NCBI GenBank assembly: GCA_964035545.1
Contig: OZ037766.1
Span: 1,054,001 to 1,118,000, forward strand
Length of the DNA: 64,000 nt
DNA from: Bugula neritina
Taxonomy: Eukaryota > Animalia > Bryozoa
Direction of reading: 5' to 3'
Positions 25,601 through 34,800 of this stretch are shown piece by piece (position 1 is the first letter of the stretch; each line of letters starts with the position of its first letter). The translations under genes and the position numbers were made by a program. Below the pieces are notes generated by a model, which saw nothing but the letters and a program-made list of their open reading frames with translations, searched no databases and was not told where the DNA came from.

Positions 25601-26666
25601 AACATTCACTCCAGGCAGCCTACTAATAATCTATGTTATAGTGGAGGTTGTTAAAAGCTCTAGCTTTTGTTGGATACTTTTTCTGTTTATCAAATGTTAT
25701 GTCGGAGCAAGCCATAAATTTATAGGTTTCATCGCACTTAGACGATTCCCAGTTAGACAATTTCCAATATTTCCCACTTGGACAATTTTTTAACTTTGGT
25801 ACAATATAATATATTATAGTAATATACAAATATAACTGTTGCATTTACTGCTCAACAAAAAATAAATTACCAAGTCAGCTATTTGCTTTAACTTAATACT
25901 AATTTAGCTACAGTTTATTTTATTTAGAATAACAGATAACAGAACAAAATGCACAAATGCATTTCATGGTATATCACATACTGCTGTATTACAACTTTTT
26001 CTTATTATATTTTGTCTATCTTTTACCTTTAAGTTTGAGGTTTGTGCGGGAGGGCTTCTTATAGAAGCATTGTTACTGCAAGTTGCTTGCTGGTGGCTTC
26101 TTTGCTTTTTATTATATGTGCTAAATAATAGCATAAAATACATATATTACACTGAAATCTATAAATATTGTTCAAGTGGGAATCTTCTAAGTGGGACTCT
26201 TCTAAGTGGGAATCGTCTAAGTGGGATGACACCAATTTTTACAGTCATAAAAGTACAATCTTCTAGAGGCTGTGAAGTGAATTTATTATTCTGTCTATTT
26301 TCAAATTCAGGTGGCAATCTACTCGGAGCTTGCATTTACTTTGCTACAACATCTGCATATTTTGATAACTGGAACAAAGAAGTTGGACCAGATAGAGAGA
26401 AGTATATGATTATGGCTAGAGTTATCACAGGAGAGTACTGTCAAGGTCATAAAAGTTTTAAACAAGCTCCTAATAAACCAGGCCCTGAACACATTCACTA
26501 TGATTCTGTGGTGGATGATGTCACCAACCCTACACTTTATGGAGTTTTCAATGACTTCTCAGTTTGGCCAGAATATGTCATCAAATACAAGCATATCTTT
26601 AAGCAAAAGGTCACAGCTACTCCAAGCCAATCCACTTCTTCTGATAGTTGGTGCCTGGTTCAGTAA
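7192..26666 (+). CDS. Macrodomain-PARP paralogue B (mono-ADP-ribosyltransferase family; one macrodomain + linker + PARP domain + C-terminal CaaX). Exons 7192-7269, 7707-7928, 8276-8503, 8866-9075, 10683-10761, 13435-13574, 13709-13892, 26311-26666; start exon not identified
   Basis: All junctions are phase-compatible (1497 nt, 499 codons including stop). Macro motifs [30 protein letters not shown]; PARP motifs LPPNW, RIQN, WHAT, IYFA, ARVITG, YDSVVD, WPEYVI. Confidence 0.88.
9127..9185. repeat. (GTGCGT)n microsatellite
   Basis: Directly visible. Confidence 0.95.
9485..10005. mobile_element. Two fragments (~9485-9620, ~9880-10005) of a dispersed non-autonomous repeat with GGTAA(A/T)AATGGCACA motifs and AACCC-rich core
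   Basis: Same family recurs at ~37910-38140 and as decayed pieces at ~33600-33660, ~39210-39260 and ~39940-40080. Confidence 0.65.
10430..10538. mobile_element. Probable end of a hAT-type MITE
   Basis: Ends ...GGTTAGGAACCACTG, resembling the CAGTGGTTC-type hAT terminus; the other end was not found. Confidence 0.3.
11590..12830 (+). pseudogene. Penelope RT-GIY-YIG coding remnant with stops and frameshifts
   Basis: ORF 11590-12114 plus broken downstream frames. Confidence 0.85.
13084..13123 (+). ncRNA. Minimal type-I hammerhead ribozyme motif of the Penelope 3' terminal repeat
   Basis: TACT-CTGAAGA-T-A-GGCAC-agtg-GTGCC-C-GAAA-TA-TC-AGTA: CUGANGA and GAAA cores, 5-bp stem II, 4-bp stem I, AUC cleavage triplet, palindromic ATAT at stem III. 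Confidence 0.75.
13213..13408. repeat. Interrupted (TA)n microsatellite; a second (TA)n lies at 13628-13681
   Basis: Directly visible; the two tracts flank PARP exon 13435-13574. Confidence 0.98.
14148..14662 (+). repeat. 5' LTR
   Basis: About 10 substitutions versus the 3' LTR counted by eye; TATAAAA 14485-14491, AATAAA 14556-14561. Confidence 0.97.
14664..14681 (+). promoter_or_regulatory. Primer binding site, tRNA-Leu(AAG)-type
   Basis: TGGTGGCAGCGGTGGGAT is complementary to the ...AUCCCACCGCUGCCACCA 3' end of animal tRNA-Leu(AAG); 1 nt after the LTR. Confidence 0.85.
14726..15610 (+). CDS. gag: Gag, 294 aa, intact
   Basis: Capsid-like region (PPIFGG...FIREIE...W...L.G.A) and CCHC knuckle [14 protein letters not shown]. 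Confidence 0.92.
   Translation: MSRTPDDGGGEALTLESLVTAFRAVGTANQAPPGDRYRLQPPIFGGDCDEEQFIREIEDVATIAQWPAPVRLLQLRSCLTGPAKSYAIGEDVGQIYQALRARFGLTAKDARTKLQNMRRDRRTSLQDHANAIERLALIAFSRTALEERRELVYGAFFSTVNGSAFQKHYLAAKIITIKEALEMGRSYYQVDNPHRADFTASQVGEAAKGETTVAAVADPAPPSSQITMLIDMVKGLQSEIVRLQQQQAGSQRTDIWTRPNRPNQLTCWGCGALGHVQRQCPRKGKQPLNNQGSW
15586..15630 (+). promoter_or_regulatory. -1 programmed ribosomal frameshift signal (gag-pol)
   Basis: T TTA AAC in the gag phase, 6-nt spacer, then hairpin GG-CTCATGGT / ACCGTGAG-G-CC; the -1 frame is open to 15876. Confidence 0.75.
15592..21843 (+). pseudogene. pol: pol: protease (LDTG ~16098), RT with core deleted, RNase H (DTDAS, KELLAV, TDH), integrase (HHCC ~21030-21145; VDLVGP, IHTGQG, VERNN)
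   Basis: Stops at 15975, 16041, 19420, 20706, 20826, 20889, 21271, 21841; frameshifts at ~15630-15870, ~20010 and ~21027; nested insertion 16455-19417. Confidence 0.92.
16455..19417. mobile_element. Nested non-autonomous foldback DNA transposon with ~900-bp TIRs (ISL2EU/PIF-Harbinger-like ends)
   Basis: AGAGGGGTTTCAAACATCCC...GGGATGTTTGAAACCCCTCT; arms ~16455-17360 and ~18510-19417; AT duplicated on both sides; removal restores the pol frame. Confidence 0.9.
21862..24033 (+). CDS. Integrase C-terminus (GPY motif, [10 protein letters not shown]) continuous with a ~560-aa accessory region bearing two C2H2-type zinc fingers and a C-terminal coiled coil
   Basis: 723 open codons; [21 protein letters not shown] (C-x2-C-x3-F-x5-L-x2-H-x3-H) and [23 protein letters not shown] at 23338-23484; [23 protein letters not shown]. 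Confidence 0.8.
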   Translation: MVSYRRRRGQSAKLQPKFVGPYCIIEVLQNHTYRVERSGQVSVQNEQRLKPYEGSSDAAGQALPLLEPARQPISRGRVARPREWEIAVQDPVEPEQTPEPPPLPGPSVAPAPEPAPVPERAPQAEGGDPGIPAPIAPPPQPEAPMELDRQARSRRPPRYLADYHVGPVDLPSQGQNSPSTGSNPHSYGPRYPPRDTTIEFTYRRSADSDRVELPLQSSSWNMTEHVTASSARRNFTTRGSAISTPVPESTTRTLLNSNSNSNLHSTLQEMGNPLTDLTTSQDHSGMSIGSEPPVSEYDPTFDFNIAADTTSINRVDTTLVQELSANLGALAAFGEFFDSDISLANLLGSPKPRVVKAPYKEGPKIGHTQIDQLRSIPTVSEDAINIGADELDLHNSPSTRNPVTAPDSPKSSSSHDQSVPAVPDEPAEPVEVQLPAREPSAILGGGAVHADTGRPGRSKLALPKVLTDRQYWITQQTKINIDETCGLPGNLKCRQCGKHFTPARRLRVHAPQHYTNLFCLCEEHFFQRDYISSHQRIARCHTGRTFVVDATPFHEFRDLILPHVRNPRKRAILAQEFPACRPVREDSDGEDTLAPNQPATTQPLRVVLNRVASDEPATTRRSPQRTRPPTSQHSSRRSPTRSTTRQHFYSTSSRLSATTTHSSSTDHHVSPPLPAAPTHRPAPSTRHQPAHTCPRGGEIQRLKRHLQRCEEDIQALCRQLSHQ
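24419..24451 (+). promoter_or_regulatory. 9-bp stem hairpin followed by polypurine tract
   Basis: TATCAGAAA-ctgtac-TTTCTGATA, then AGGGGGTGAG abutting the 3' LTR. Confidence 0.8.
24452..24966 (+). repeat. 3' LTR
   Basis: 515 bp, matches the 5' LTR; TATAAAA 24789-24795, AATAAA 24860-24865. Confidence 0.97.
25725..26233. mobile_element. MITE family (copy 1)
   Basis: TIRs GGTTTCATCGCACTTAGACG / CGTCTAAGTGGGATGACACC; inverted copies at 40571-40993 and 41439-41900. Confidence 0.85.
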
Positions 26667-28853
26667 ACTATAAAACCAGAAAAAACATCTTTGCATACTT
26701 TGCATAAAGTGCAAACTTACTTTATTAAAAAAGTTTTCAGGTCCTCAATATGATTCTGCGGTGAACAATGTTAACAACCTTCCAATAAGTATTTGTTTGC
26801 GTGTTTTTCCGTCATAGTTTCATTACCGTGGCATAAATTTTATCTCTTCCTAATGACCAGATTTGGACTCTATAATCATGAAGAATTTTATATTTATGTT
26901 TTCTCATTTATTTTATTCTCTTATAGCTATTATAAATGCTGAATTTTCTGAACCTAATTATTAATCTCTAACCAATGCTGAAGCTAACAAAGTTGTTATT
27001 TGTTATACAGTGAAATTGCGCTTCAGCAGTAAAACAAATTTATATACATGCTCTAACAGTTTATGAAAGAAGATATTGAATACTCATGATTTATCTGAAA
27101 TAATTGCTTTTTCCATATATAAGTTACACAAGTTTTATTTTATATGATTTATACCAAGTGCACTGTTCATGCTTTCACTGTATTTTATAGACTTTATGCT
27201 GATAACAATAACATAATTCTATTATTATAATCAAATTATCAATCTATTTTGTAATTACGAGTATATACATATTTGTAATATATACATTTATATATTATAA
27301 TATTATACTATTTATTGCATAGAAGATACAATATTAGTATGCAATTATCTGTGAAATAGCCTACCTTTAGTTCCACTTTATGATGATAATTATCTTTTGA
27401 TTAATTTAAAATATAAATTTCTAATCTTTACAGCTATTATTTTTTCAGCTCCACTGTTTAGTATGCTGCAATGAACAAACTGTCACAAAAGTGGACAACT
27501 CTATGGTATAATAATCATTTTTTAATCATTCAGTATTCTAATACTGTGCATGTTATACTATTGTTCTAACTTTGGAATTGTGTTTTCACTTTTGTAAATC
27601 TGCAAAGAAGGAGTACAAAAGTCTAGTAATAAATTTGCCACTTACAGTTAATAAAGCTTTGTCAATATTTTTATTTTTGTCAGGCTGTAATGTTATTATT
27701 CTCTTTGATGTGAAAAGATATAATACATCTTTCTTATAAAAGCCTGTAAGACAGTCAACCTGATTTGATGCTATATAATGTATTGTAGCCGCTTAACTTC
27801 GTTTATAATATTGGAATGATAAATAAACACTCAAATTTATACTAATATTATGTAGCTTATATATATACTGCTCAAGATTTTATCATTGTTTGAAATGCAA
27901 TTTTTAGTTGTAGTTTTATACATTTAACTAATTTGCCTCTTTAATTAGCACTTTTATGGGTATATTATAACTATAATAGCAATAATCATCTATACTATAA
28001 ACAATACAACATTAATATTGAAGCTAATTTAGGATTCTCTATAATATAACAGTAGCTTGCTTTCAGTATATGTCTATATAACTATAAAAGCTATATATAA
28101 ACATGCAGCTAATAGCTATAAAAACTATAGCAACTGCAGTTGTTACAGTTTTTAGCTATTAGTTGTTTATAGTATAAGTTATATTGCGACTGTGGCAACT
28201 GTTATAAATAGCAACACTCAACTAACAACCAACTACTGGTAACTATATAGCAGTCTTGTAGTTTGTATCAAGCATATAAAAATTAGAAAATTCCAATACT
28301 TTTTCCAAAAATATTCTGAAAAGCTATAAAGTGAAGTTACTTTAATTCAGAGCTAAGCTACGGCATGCTGCAGCGTTATACCTATATTATAGCTACTATA
28401 GTTTGAGAAGTTTGAAAAAATATTATTTACCACTGGTATGCTATACGTGCGAAAACTCTATTTAATGTCTATCAAATTAAAACTTTCTAGTACAAGACAC
28501 AGGCCATTTTATTATGTAGCTGAATTGCTTCAATTTTGTAGTGTTTATTTTAAGTTTTTCCTCTCTTGCTATTAAAACAAAATGAAAACATATTTGACTA
28601 TCTATGATGGAGAATTTGATTTGTGTGATTTCATTAGGTTTGAATTCAACTGCTAATATTATAGCTTTGATTGCTAGCATAAAGGTGTGAAGATACCTTT
28701 GAGAGTCACTGGTCATTTTGAGTGCAGTATAGCTGATTGCTTGCAAGATATCATTGTTCACTTGCATTCAATTGAGAAGATATAATAATGAGGGTGCTTG
28801 CATATATTATATAGCTGCTATTAGATTAAACCTACAGCGTCATCTTTATACAG

Positions 28854-31800
28854 GAAGTTAAGCTGTACAGAAGAAGATGGTGGCTGTTGTTCGTTTATGG
28901 TTTGACTGGAATAGCTAAAGGTCAAATATACAACACTTGGCTTCCACTTTCTGACTCATTGGTTATAGCATATGATTGGTCAGATGTGGCAATAGCTCAG
29001 ATACCTGGAGCAACAACAATCACCTGTGCTGTGGTGTCCCTCCCACTGATGTACATTGTACAGAGAAAAGGTGAGCTATCCGAACTGTCGGCATTACACA
29101 CTGAACTTATTAAGCAATGTTACTTTACCTGACAAAATATGTATTTAAATATTCTTTGATTACATTGATAGCTTTAGTTGATGACCTTTTAGAGACCTTA
29201 TTATAGCTAACAGGATTTTACTATAGCAGAAGGAACGAAGCAATTGCAGGCTTCTCATGCATACAGAAAAAGTCTTAAAAAGAGTATAGAATGAACTAGA
29301 TACTCCATGTTGTTGCTCTACAATTATAGAAATACATTTTGAAATGAGCGATTATGTCTTTAACTGTTTCCTTTTGTAATGATATACTAGTAACTAGCAG
29401 AATGGTCAATTTAAAAAATCTCTGTGATTATCATAACTCCTTTTTGAGTATATCCCCACTAACAATTTACATTGATATGACGTTGTATAAACGTTGGAAA
29501 AAACGTTTATTAAATGTTTAAATGTCGACACATTTTTGTACTATATACAACGTTTGAAACAAACGTTTATCGCAAAACGTTTTACCAACCTTTCATAAAC
29601 GTTGCGTTGCATAACGTTGTGTAGATGTTTTTCATACAACGTTGGTGAAAGGTTGCGATCCAACATTGCGTAAATGTTTAAATTTAAATGTATCTCTTTG
29701 TCTCGCACAACGTTTAGGCAACAACGTTTTCTGCAAACTATTTTACCAACGTTTCATAAACAAGTCATACAAACGTTGCCATAACATTGCTTCGGCAACG
29801 TTTTTATAATGTTGCAAAGCAAGCGTTATCTAGATGTTTAAATGTAGATGTTATTTAGCTTTTTTATCTAAAACGTTCTATAAACAACTTTTCATAAATG
29901 TTATTATAATGTTGTATAAACTCTATGCAGCATTGCAAATTTAGGTTATTATAATTATTTGGCAAGGTTTACATAACCATTGCTATATTAAAATATATAT
30001 AGCAGTATAATATATACAAGTGGAAGTTTTATGTTGTGTGTTGATAACTTTATTGTTTAAAAGTAAAGAGCAATAATTACAAAAAATAATTGTTACTAAA
30101 AAAACATGTGCAACCTAATATAAAGACTTATTTGGCAATTTAAATGAGCTAAAATAAATTAAATATAAAAAATGTGGCTAAATAAGTAGATAAATAAATT
30201 CATATTGGAGCTAATGCAAAAATTATAGATAGCAACAGGTCATAAGAAATACACAAAAAATTTAAGCAGCCAAAAAAGTAAAGCTAATTTACAAATGTTG
30301 ATTCAAAACATAGCTATTTAGTAAAGTCAACAAAGAAAACATTTCTGTATATAAGCAAGTAAACGGAATAATACAAATTATCATTTTAGAACGCTAAACC
30401 CTTTATATCCAAAGCTGAACATTAGCAATGAGCTTTATTTACGCTTTGGAGATTTAAAGTTATTTTAGCTTTCTAATTATTAAGCTTCATCCAAAATTGA
30501 GGTCCGGCTTAATGTTACAGAATATAGGCTTCTAAAGACTGTGAATTCAGTCTGCTCATTCTTTTCCTCAAAATATATATTTAAGGCTTCAAAGTCTTGC
30601 TGCTCTTTACAGTAAGATGGTGACCACCTACAAAGCAACAAGAATACTGACTAAAAACAAAAAAACATTCAATGTAAATGTATATATAAACTGTAGTAAA
30701 ATGAAGTCGTGTTTAAGAATATGTTGTGAAAATGGATGGGCAAATTCAAATTTTTGTTTATTTTTCTATAAAGATGACAAAAAAATTTGATGTATTCCTA
30801 AATGGGTAGGCAACTTCGACCTTATGTGCATTTCACTATAAAATGACAAACAAGGGTGATCAGAAATAGGTGACAACTTCAAGTTTATGTAAGTTTTGCT
30901 ATAAAGATCGCAAACAAGACAGTTCTTAAAATGGGCAGGCAACTTCAATTTTACTTAGATTTTATTATAAAAATGACTAACAAGAAAGTTGGAAAATGCG
31001 TGGACAACTTCAATTTTATGTACATTTCACCATAAAATAATATGACAAACAGGAAAGTTGGTAATTGACTGGCCAACTTCAATTGTATTAATTACATTTC
31101 ACTATAAACAACTAGCAAAAAAGTTAAATGGGTGGGTAACTTCAATTTCATGTACATTTTACTATGAAAATGACTAACAGAACATTGAAAAATGAATGGA
31201 CAACTTCAGGTTTAGGAACATTTTGCCATAAATATGACAAACAATAAAATTAGGAAATGGGTGGGCAACTTCAAGTTTATGTACATCTCACCATAAAATA
31301 ATATGACAAACAAGAAAGTTGGTAATTGACTGGCCAACTTCAATTGTATTTACATTTCATTATAAACATAACTAGCAAAAAAATTTAAATGGGTGGGCAA
31401 CTTCAATTTCATGTACATAATATTACTATGAAAATGACTAACAGAACATTGGAAAATGAGTGAGCAACTTCAAGTTTATGAACATTTTGCCACAGATGAC
31501 CAGCAATAAAATTAGAAAATGGGTGGGCAACTTCAAGTTTATGTACATTTCACGATTAAAGTGACTAACAGAAAGTTGGAAAATGGGTAGGCAACTTCAA
31601 TTTTATGTACATTTCACTATTCAGATGGCAAATAAGGGTGTTCAGAAATTGGTGGACAACCTCAATTTTATGTATATTTCACTATAAAGATGGCAAGCAA
31701 GACTGTTCAAATATTGGTGGGTATTTTTAATTATTTTACATTTCACTATAAATATAAAAAAGATTGTTCAGAGATTGGTGGGTACCTTCAATTTAGTATA

Positions 31801-34800
31801 AATTTTGTGTACATTTAACTATAAAAATGACTAACAATAGTGTTTGGAATTGGGTGTGCAAGCTTGACTTTATGCTAGTTTTACTAAAAAGATGACTAAC
31901 AAAACAGTTGGAACATAGGTAGGCAACTTCAACCTACATTTTGCTATAATGATTATTAAAATAATGTCTGATCATAGGTGGGTGACCTCACCTTCATACA
32001 TACTGTTCTATAAAGATGACTAATAATTGGAAACTTGTGAAAATAGGTGGGCAACTTCTAATTCATGCACATTTTACTATAAAAATGACCAACAAGAAAA
32101 TGGGGAAATGGGTAAGCAACTTCCAGTTCAATTCCAATAACTTACTGCTAAATATTACACTTTTCAAACAATTATTGATATAATGACCTAACTTTTTAAA
32201 TAATATTATCAGTGCATAACTTATTTATTTTTATTTATATTAACTAAAACTTTAAACTTTTTGAAAAGTTTGGTCAATATTATAAGGCAAGAGGTGATGT
32301 ATTAAATACTACTTTCAAACATTACAAGCTTCAAATAATCAGAATTGGGCTCACCAACCTATCAATAAGTTCACATAGTGGCACCTGTGCATTCCTTCAT
32401 ATACAGTGTGTAAATTACAGATAACTTCATTGGTATGACTATAAATTTACCTAAATAGCCAAGTACATGGAAATAGCTAAACTCCTATCATTCAATGAAA
32501 GCAAGGTATAGATTGGTTCTTCTTGATGCACAGCCTGGGTAATTTTCTTATCAAGTAATCACAGGTGTGAGAATGGCTCAAGGGAAATTATTATTTTTAG
32601 CCTACAAATAATAAAATATGCACAGATTAAACTAATAATTAAAATAGATTTTAACAAACTAGTTTCTGGCAAAAAAGGAATATTTTGGAAAAAACTATAA
32701 TGGTATAGGTTGAAGGAGTTAGGTGCAAAATGCATAACTCTGTTCATGAAAACATTAATTATGCATGTGTACAGTATTCGAGCTATAAAATTTCTATATT
32801 ATTTAAACTACTTGCTTGGAGCAAAATCAGCAACTTGGAATAATTTGAGGAATAAAATTTATGGAGATGATTAAACAACTTCAATTTGATGTAGGTTATA
32901 CTGTCATTTTAATTAACTTTCTTTAAATTTTATCAGTGACTTTGGCTCCAAGTCGCAAATTTAATATTTCAGTAATTAAAGAATAAATAGCAATTATACA
33001 CACAGAGTTAAATAAATTGTGCCAAATTCATATTCAAGTTTTTTCTCTAAAATTATCTGGTAACTATTAATTTGTTCACAACTATGCTGATTGCATGTGT
33101 TAATCACTGTGTCGTGACACTCATGCATGAACAGATATAATCTACAAGCACATATTGCTTGTTTTATAATAAACACAATATGAAGTATAATCTGAATTAT
33201 TCTAGAAAAAATTAGCAGTAATTTGGAGTTATTTATCCAATAAAGCTTTATAAAGTGGGTACGAAACTTTTAATTTATGTATGATCTACTAACCACTATG
33301 CCATAACTTGATGATTTTTGTTCAATTAAACAGAATTGCGTTGTCAAAGAAAAGGTGCAACCTGCATATTTAGATAAAAGCATGAAAAATTGCCTTTAGT
33401 ATCCATGTTCAAACAATGAATTAGTATACATAACATTTGATTAAATCAAAGACTATAACAAAGTTGTTATTTAAGGCGATTTTAAAAAGTAAGTAGGCAA
33501 CCTAAATTTATTGTAAATTTTACTGTAATGATGACCAGCACAAATGTTGTGAAGAAGGTAAGAAACTTCAATTCAAAATAGGTAATCATGCACTCTGTCT
33601 AATGAAACTGGCACAGGCTAAAAGGGCATAGGTAATAACTAATAATGGCACAAGTAATTTAATGGAAAAATGAAATATTGCAGTCATTAAGTACCTTGAT
33701 GATCAATTTAAACATGTAAAATTTTCAATCAACTCGAAAATTATTTTACAATAACCTATGAGAAAAAAGCAAAGTACTATCTTTCAATAGTTGCTTTTAA
33801 AATTTAAAAGACTGTATTCATAATTATTATTTATAGATTGCAAGCAATCTAAGCATTGTACCTAGCTTCACCAACATTACAAGAATAATATGGTTGGGAG
33901 TTGTGCTCACCATTTAATCAAACATGGTGGAACTTGTGCATTTCACAAATTTACAGTATGTGCATAATTGGTACTATTACAAATTACCTTCTTAGCCAAA
34001 TTATACTTGGAAATTGCTGAAATCCTATCTATCCGCCTATGCAGTTCTAGTTGATGCCGAGCCTAGATATTTTTTATTAGCTTCAAGTAGTCACAGGTGT
34101 GATAATAGCCTGAAGAAAATTCATACTTGTTTTCCTGCAAATAATATACACATTTAATAGACTGCAACAAACGTTTTATTGAACAAAAAGCAACAATCTT
34201 TTGAAAAGACTATGTACTTAAATATAGTTGCTTATGGAAGAGATTCAAGATGCTTGTACAATCATAAAATTGATAAAAATGATCACCATGTGCAATTTAT
34301 TTCTGCTACGTTTATTCCATGTCATATAAAATACTTGCGTAATGAATAGAATTAGCGCTTTATAGTGTTTACTTAGCATCCTTCTTTCCAACTTCAGAGT
34401 CAGAATGCTTTTCCATATTAAAGTAATCAATATAACCAAAGTAGTGAAAAGGATTATCTGAAAAGAAAAATTTGTGAACTTACAAATATGAAATAATAAG
34501 ATAATAATATATATTGATATTAACATAGACTATAAAATTTAATTAAAACGAAATTTTTTTTGATTGAAAAACAAATTTTGCAAATAAGTTGCTTTTAAAA
34601 ATTAATGTAGGAATATATACATTTACATTAGATTAGCAATAACTTGACATTACATTTATTTAAGACATAAGTTTACAAACATTTTCAATTTATCATCTAT
34701 AATACAATTATTATTTTTAATATTATTAACTCTTAAGTTTAAAAGTTTGAAATTAAATTCAACATGGGAGATTCGAGACCTCTAGCTTTAAATTAAAAAC

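Noticed and set aside
26070-26310. Hydrophobic N-terminal extension of the 198-aa PARP ORF as a signal or TM segment
   Set aside because: It is MITE and intron sequence upstream of the 26311 acceptor
30731-32125. Repeat-spacer-like array suggesting CRISPR
   Set aside because: Eukaryotic context, the 'spacers' are homologous to each other, and no cas genes
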